From positions 150,001-182,000 of the forward strand of contig NZ_WUUQ01000001.1 in NCBI RefSeq assembly GCF_009831105.1: a DNA stretch of 32,000 bases. The letters are read 5' to 3'. Positions 26,293 through 32,000 of the stretch are shown here, piece by piece. The notes beneath the pieces were generated by a model. The model worked only from the letters and a program-made list of their open reading frames with translations, searched no databases and was not told the DNA's origin. The position numbers and the translations under genes were made by a program. Every line of letters starts with the position of its first letter. The first letter of the stretch is position 1. The DNA is from Copranaerobaculum intestinale. GTDB lineage: Bacteria; Bacillota_I; Bacilli_A; Erysipelotrichales; Erysipelotrichaceae.

Positions 26293-27303
26293 TTAACTAT
26301 TTTGATACTGAGAAATCTGATTCTGATAATTGGTTATATTATCCTGACACTCCCGCGCTTTGCGGTTCAACTCATCAATAGAAGCTTGGGTTGGTGGATT
26401 TGGATTATTGTTCTTGAATTTTGCCAAATTCTCCTGTGCATTCGCTAATTCCGTTCGCATTGCTTCAGTTACGTTTTCTTCTCCTCCGGCATCATCAATC
26501 GCTTTCTGAGCCTCAGCTACTTTATTTTGCAAAGTGTTCAAGGAGGTATTATACGCATTCAGTTCTTCCTGCTTGGTGTTCACCTGACTGATATAATCAT
26601 TGTATTTGGTACGCTCCTGCTCAATCAAGCCCTGCAGCGTTTTTATTTCGGCTGAATGATCATCCTTCGGTGTTTCCTTCTCTTCTTCTTTATCCTCTGT
26701 TTTCTTCGTAGTTTTCTTCTTGGTTTTCTTTTTCGTCACATCGGTGATTTTATCATCATCTGCTTTTTTATCTTTGAAGAATGAGTTATACACCAAAACA
26801 CCACCGGCAATCAAAGCGATGACGGAAGCAACCACAATCGTGATAATAACCGTCTTATTCAGCTTTTCATCCTTCTTCTTGCCTTTTTTCGGCTTCTTAT
26901 CTTTTTTCTGCTTTGGTTTTTTATCTTTATTGCGATGCAGTTCAAAACGCGGATCATCATCCTCCGCATCTTCATCCAATTGTGAGAAATCTAAGTTCTG
27001 GGTTTGACCGCCTGATTCCTCCTTTGGCTTAACTCCGCTTACCGGCATGATCGTTAAGGTTTTATCTTCCAGCTGATCTCGTGACATCACCTTGGTGCGG
27101 TCACAGCGATTGATCAGTGCGGTATCTTCAAATTGATCAGATACCGGCTCATATTGGTTTGCTTTTGTATTATATTCGTCTTGTACTTCTTCCGATTCCC
27201 GAAGCTGTTCTGCTGCTTCATCCTGTTCATATTCTTTGATCATTTTCATTAATTCTAACTCATCCGACGACAGTTCGTCTTTGCGGTTTTTGTTGTCAAA
27301 CAT
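26293..27303 (-). CDS. Bitopic membrane protein: acidic/poly-Lys disordered N-terminus, one TM, C-terminal coiled coil
   Basis: 336 aa. A KDKKPKQKKDKKPKKGKKKDEK segment precedes the TM helix VIITIVVASVIALIAGGVLVY. This is followed by KKKTKKKTTKKTEDKEEEKE and a roughly 120-aa heptad-like Gln/Asn/Glu-rich region. GGAGG SD is present. No family was recognised. Confidence 0.75.
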   Translation of the reverse strand: MFDNKNRKDELSSDELELMKMIKEYEQDEAAEQLRESEEVQDEYNTKANQYEPVSDQFEDTALINRCDRTKVMSRDQLEDKTLTIMPVSGVKPKEESGGQTQNLDFSQLDEDAEDDDPRFELHRNKDKKPKQKKDKKPKKGKKKDEKLNKTVIITIVVASVIALIAGGVLVYNSFFKDKKADDDKITDVTKKKTKKKTTKKTEDKEEEKETPKDDHSAEIKTLQGLIEQERTKYNDYISQVNTKQEELNAYNTSLNTLQNKVAEAQKAIDDAGGEENVTEAMRTELANAQENLAKFKNNNPNPPTQASIDELNRKARECQDNITNYQNQISQYQNS

Positions 27304-27336
27304 AGTAAAAACCTCCTATCCGTACTTCAAATCCAT

Positions 27337-27364
27337 ATAATATCATAAGAAAGAAGAATTGCAA
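27337..27364 (-). promoter_or_regulatory. Putative promoter of the coiled-coil protein gene (TTGCAA-16-TGA-TATTAT)
   Basis: Minus strand reads TTGCAA (27364..27359), a 16-nt spacer ending in TGA, then TATTAT (27342..27337). Confidence 0.5.
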
Positions 27365-27453
27365 GTTCTGGGGAATTTTCACACATCATCACATGTTTTT
27401 ATCTTTTTCTTATAAAATTATATCATACCAGTATCATATATGAAAATATTTGA

Positions 27454-27482
27454 TTGACAAACCCCCTCGTTTGGAGAAAAAT
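27454..27482 (+). promoter_or_regulatory. Possible promoter of the YitT-family gene (TTGACA-17-AAAAAT)
   Basis: TTGACA lies at 27454..27459, followed by a 17-nt spacer and a weak -10 AAAAAT at 27477..27482. This would place the ORF-track upstream starts (27454, 27481) inside the promoter. Confidence 0.3.
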
Positions 27483-27507
27483 GAAAGTGGTAAAACGGAG
27501 GGTTTTT

Positions 27508-28380
27508 ATGTTTAATAATTTGAGCGGCCTTAAACGGTATCTGGTCATTGCTGCAGGCTCCATCATTTTTTGCGCCGGTCTGAATCTATTTATTGTGCCG
27601 GTTGATCTTTATAACGGAGGCGTAGTCGGAGTCGCTCAGATCCTGCGTACCATCATGGTACAAACCTTGCATCTGCCGATTCCCTCCAACGTTGATGTTT
27701 CAGGCATCATAAATTTTCTAATTAATGTGCCGCTGCTTTATCTGGCTTACCGGCAGCTTGGACGAAAGTTTTTCTGCCGTACGATCTTCAGCGTTATTGT
27801 GATGACGATTTTCATGTCCGTTATCCTGATTCCGGAAAAACCGATCATGGCTGACCGCTTATCTGCCTGTTTGATTGGCGGCATGATCACAGGAGTCGGA
27901 GTTGGATTGATTCTGCGCGCAGGAGCCTCCGGCGGCGGTATCGACATTTTGGGTGTTTATTTAACCCTAAAACGAAAAGATTTTAGCATAGGAAAAATGA
28001 ATCTTATCTTCAATGCCATGGTTTATGTTGTGTGTGCTGTTCTATTTGATTTGAATACCGCGCTTTATTCCGTTATGGTCTCAGGTGTCTTCTCCCTGGT
28101 CGTTGATCGCATCCATTATCAAAACATCAATATGAGCGTTATGATTTTTACAAAAGAGACTAATCTGCATGAAAAGATTTTATTTGAGCTCCACCGCGGT
28201 GTTACTTATTGGGACGGGGTAGGCGCATACACCGGAGAATATACACATATCCTGGTAACCATTATTTCAAAATATGAAATCAATCATCTAAAACGGGCTG
28301 TTCTTGATGTTGATCCAAATGCATTTATCATACTGAATGAAGGACTTCAGGTATTAGGAAATTATGAAAAGCGATTATAA
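27508..28380 (+). CDS. YitT family membrane protein (DUF2179 C-terminal domain)
   Basis: It is the only + strand gene. The protein begins MFNNLSGLKRYLVIAAGSIIFCAGLNLFIVPVDLYNGGVVGVAQIL... It has 5-6 TM helices and a C-terminal soluble DUF2179-like domain. GGAGGG followed by 5 nt supports ATG 27508. Confidence 0.88.
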   Translation: MFNNLSGLKRYLVIAAGSIIFCAGLNLFIVPVDLYNGGVVGVAQILRTIMVQTLHLPIPSNVDVSGIINFLINVPLLYLAYRQLGRKFFCRTIFSVIVMTIFMSVILIPEKPIMADRLSACLIGGMITGVGVGLILRAGASGGGIDILGVYLTLKRKDFSIGKMNLIFNAMVYVVCAVLFDLNTALYSVMVSGVFSLVVDRIHYQNINMSVMIFTKETNLHEKILFELHRGVTYWDGVGAYTGEYTHILVTIISKYEINHLKRAVLDVDPNAFIILNEGLQVLGNYEKRL

Positions 28381-28408
28381 AAAAGCCGGCGATCACCGGT
28401 TTTTTTCT
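28381..28408 (+). terminator. Weak hairpin + T-run between convergent yitT-like and EAL genes
   Basis: The sequence AAGCCGG-CGATCA-CCGGTTT is followed by TTTT. The stem is short and overlaps the last EAL codons, so support is low. Confidence 0.3.
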
Positions 28409-29676
28409 TCGTCCAGTAAAGACAGCAGCTCTTGAATCGGCAGCGGGCGATAGAAATAGAAGCCTTGTATAATGTCGCACCCCGCTTCTTTCAGAAAATC
28501 TACATATTCTTCTGTTTCCACACCTTCGGCAATCACTTCCAAATGAAGCTGTTTAGCCAGTTTAATCACCGTTTTGATGATATTGCCGGTTTTCTCAGTC
28601 AGCGGATCAGCAAAGAATTGGCGATCCATTTTCAGAATATCCAGTTGGGAATTGATCAGGACGCCAAATGAAGAATACCCGTTTCCAAAATCATCGAGCA
28701 GACAGGTAAATCCCTCTTTCTTAAAATCATCAATAACATTAACAAGCTGCTGAGAATCATTCAGAGAAATGCTTTCCATAAGCTCAAACTGTATGTATTT
28801 TCGGGGAATCTGATAACGATTGTAAACTTCCATATAATCTGACATCATCTTTGTATCATAGAAAAATGACTGTGAAATGTTAAAGCTGATGGGTACTATC
28901 GGCAATCCCTTTTTTAAACGTTCAGCTATTAGATCACAGCAAACCTCAAAAGTCTGAATATCCAGCATACGGATATAATTGTTTTGGTTGAGGATCGGCA
29001 GAAAGGAACTCAACGGCACCATATTACCAGCCTCATCAAACCAGCGTATCAATGCTTCAGCGCCGATTACTTTATGATCATGCAGGCACACTTTGGGCTG
29101 CAGATACACTACAAATTCTTTGTTTTGATATGCCCTTGAAACTCTTTCTTCCATTAAATAGGGATTCATAAATGCATCATAGAATTCCTGCTTAAATATT
29201 TCCGAACAAAATGAACGGTTACGAATAGTCGGTGCGCTTAATCGTCCTACATTCGCATATGCCTGAGCCTGATAATAATCTACGGTATCATCGTTTATAT
29301 CATAAACACCAAAGGATAAATAAATATTTTTATATAGATAGGGATTATCTATTTCAAAGATCACATCAACAAATGGTGCAAAAAACAACTCTTCGAACTT
29401 TGTTGAATCCATATTCAACAGCATCGTAAAATTATCCGCATAACTGCGTGTCACGTAACCCTTATCACCGATAAAATCAGCCAAACAATGCAATACATCT
29501 GCCAGCATCTGATCGCTTTTTTCTTTTCCATGCAGGGTGTACAGATTACGGAATTGCTTGATATTCGCGCAGACCAATGAACAGGGTCCAACCCCGCTTT
29601 TTACTATTTCATCATATTTCTGTCTCAGCCATGCTTCCGTTTTAATCGTACCTTCAGACCGTTCCGATTGATTCAT
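28393..29676 (-). CDS. Degenerate-GGDEF / EAL domain protein (predicted c-di-GMP phosphodiesterase)
   Basis: All EAL signatures are present: EALIRW, ISFNIS, QFELMES, DDFGNGYSS, LKMDRQF, IAEGVETEE, QGFYFYRP. The N-terminal GGDEF-like domain carries SYADNF where GGDEF belongs. AAGGAGA followed by 4 nt supports ATG 29676 (MNQSERS...). Confidence 0.85.
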   Translation of the reverse strand: MNQSERSEGTIKTEAWLRQKYDEIVKSGVGPCSLVCANIKQFRNLYTLHGKEKSDQMLADVLHCLADFIGDKGYVTRSYADNFTMLLNMDSTKFEELFFAPFVDVIFEIDNPYLYKNIYLSFGVYDINDDTVDYYQAQAYANVGRLSAPTIRNRSFCSEIFKQEFYDAFMNPYLMEERVSRAYQNKEFVVYLQPKVCLHDHKVIGAEALIRWFDEAGNMVPLSSFLPILNQNNYIRMLDIQTFEVCCDLIAERLKKGLPIVPISFNISQSFFYDTKMMSDYMEVYNRYQIPRKYIQFELMESISLNDSQQLVNVIDDFKKEGFTCLLDDFGNGYSSFGVLINSQLDILKMDRQFFADPLTEKTGNIIKTVIKLAKQLHLEVIAEGVETEEYVDFLKEAGCDIIQGFYFYRPLPIQELLSLLDEEKNR

Positions 29677-29768
29677 ACGTTCTCCTTTTATTACATGAAT
29701 ATCATCTTGTCGAATATATGCTGCGAAAGATAAAATTCTCATTTTATGTAATAATAGCTTCTGAACAT

Positions 29769-29797
29769 ATTATATTATAAAATAGCTGCTTAATCAA
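29769..29797 (-). promoter_or_regulatory. Putative promoter of the EAL gene (TTGATT-17-TATAAT)
   Basis: Minus strand reads TTGATT (29797..29792), a 17-nt spacer, then TATAAT (29774..29769). A second overlapping TATAAT lies 5 nt upstream. The predicted leader is about 90 nt. Confidence 0.45.
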
Positions 29798-29814
29798 TTT
29801 TAGGTTTGATGATT

Positions 29815-29844
29815 GAAAAAAACAACAGTCATGATAACTGTTGT

Positions 29845-29845
<1 letters not shown>
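29815..29845 (-). terminator. Rho-independent terminator of the atp operon
   Basis: Minus-strand RNA forms AACAACAGU-UAUCAUG-ACUGUUGUU followed by UUUUUCA. It starts at the atpC stop codon. Confidence 0.75.

Positions 29846-32000
<2,155 letters not shown>

Noticed and set aside
29708-29714. Second perfect TGTCGAA (Spo0A box) in the 5' leader of the EAL gene
   Set aside because: A given 7-mer is expected a few times by chance in 64 kb of two-strand sequence. Here it has no partner box and no matching promoter geometry, unlike the spoIIE case.

Overview
This 32 kb window is chromosomal housekeeping and sporulation DNA from a low-GC Gram-positive endospore former (Bacillota). The gene content looks Erysipelotrichia/Clostridia-like, but that is inference only. 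Of the 28 protein-coding genes, 27 are on the minus strand.

Gene order read along the minus strand (right to left), with | marking separate units:
- atpG(partial)-atpD-atpC
- degenerate-GGDEF/EAL protein
- YitT-family gene (the only + strand gene)
- Lys/Glu-rich coiled-coil membrane protein
- O-antigen-ligase-like protein
- DUF1146/ywzB-like, then AraC-type pseudo-response regulator, spoIID, spoIIQ-like degenerate LytM, mreB/mbl, WecA/TagO-like GT4
- orphan MazF-fold protein
- spoIIE
- polytopic membrane protein plus YtrA-type GntR
- two tandem pepD paralogues
- tilS-hpt-ftsH
- tocopherol-cyclase-like protein
- hslO-dusB
- lipoprotein
- Lys T-box leader plus lysS
- ATL/MGMT-like gene plus a Cys-rich mini-ORF
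- MerR(partial)

I found no rRNA, tRNA, CRISPR array, IS element or prophage. Many ORF-track entries carry spurious N-terminal extensions; I re-set those starts from Shine-Dalgarno spacing.

I do not see a convincing multi-gene novel system such as a defence island. The points most worth a second look are:
1. A translationally coupled DUF3795-like Cys-rich mini-gene with an in-frame TGA exactly at a conserved Cys position (selenocysteine candidate or fresh pseudogene).
2. A solitary MazF/PemK-fold protein with no antitoxin, directly upstream of a Spo0A-type spoIIE promoter with a 21-bp spacer.
3. An orphan AraC-type regulator whose receiver domain has lost the phospho-acceptor Asp, sitting between ywzB and spoIID.
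4. spoIID and a spoIIQ-like gene only 15 nt apart.
5. A GntR/YtrA operon with a perfect 10-bp inverted-repeat operator over its -10 box.

All functional calls come from motif recognition by eye, not from database searches.
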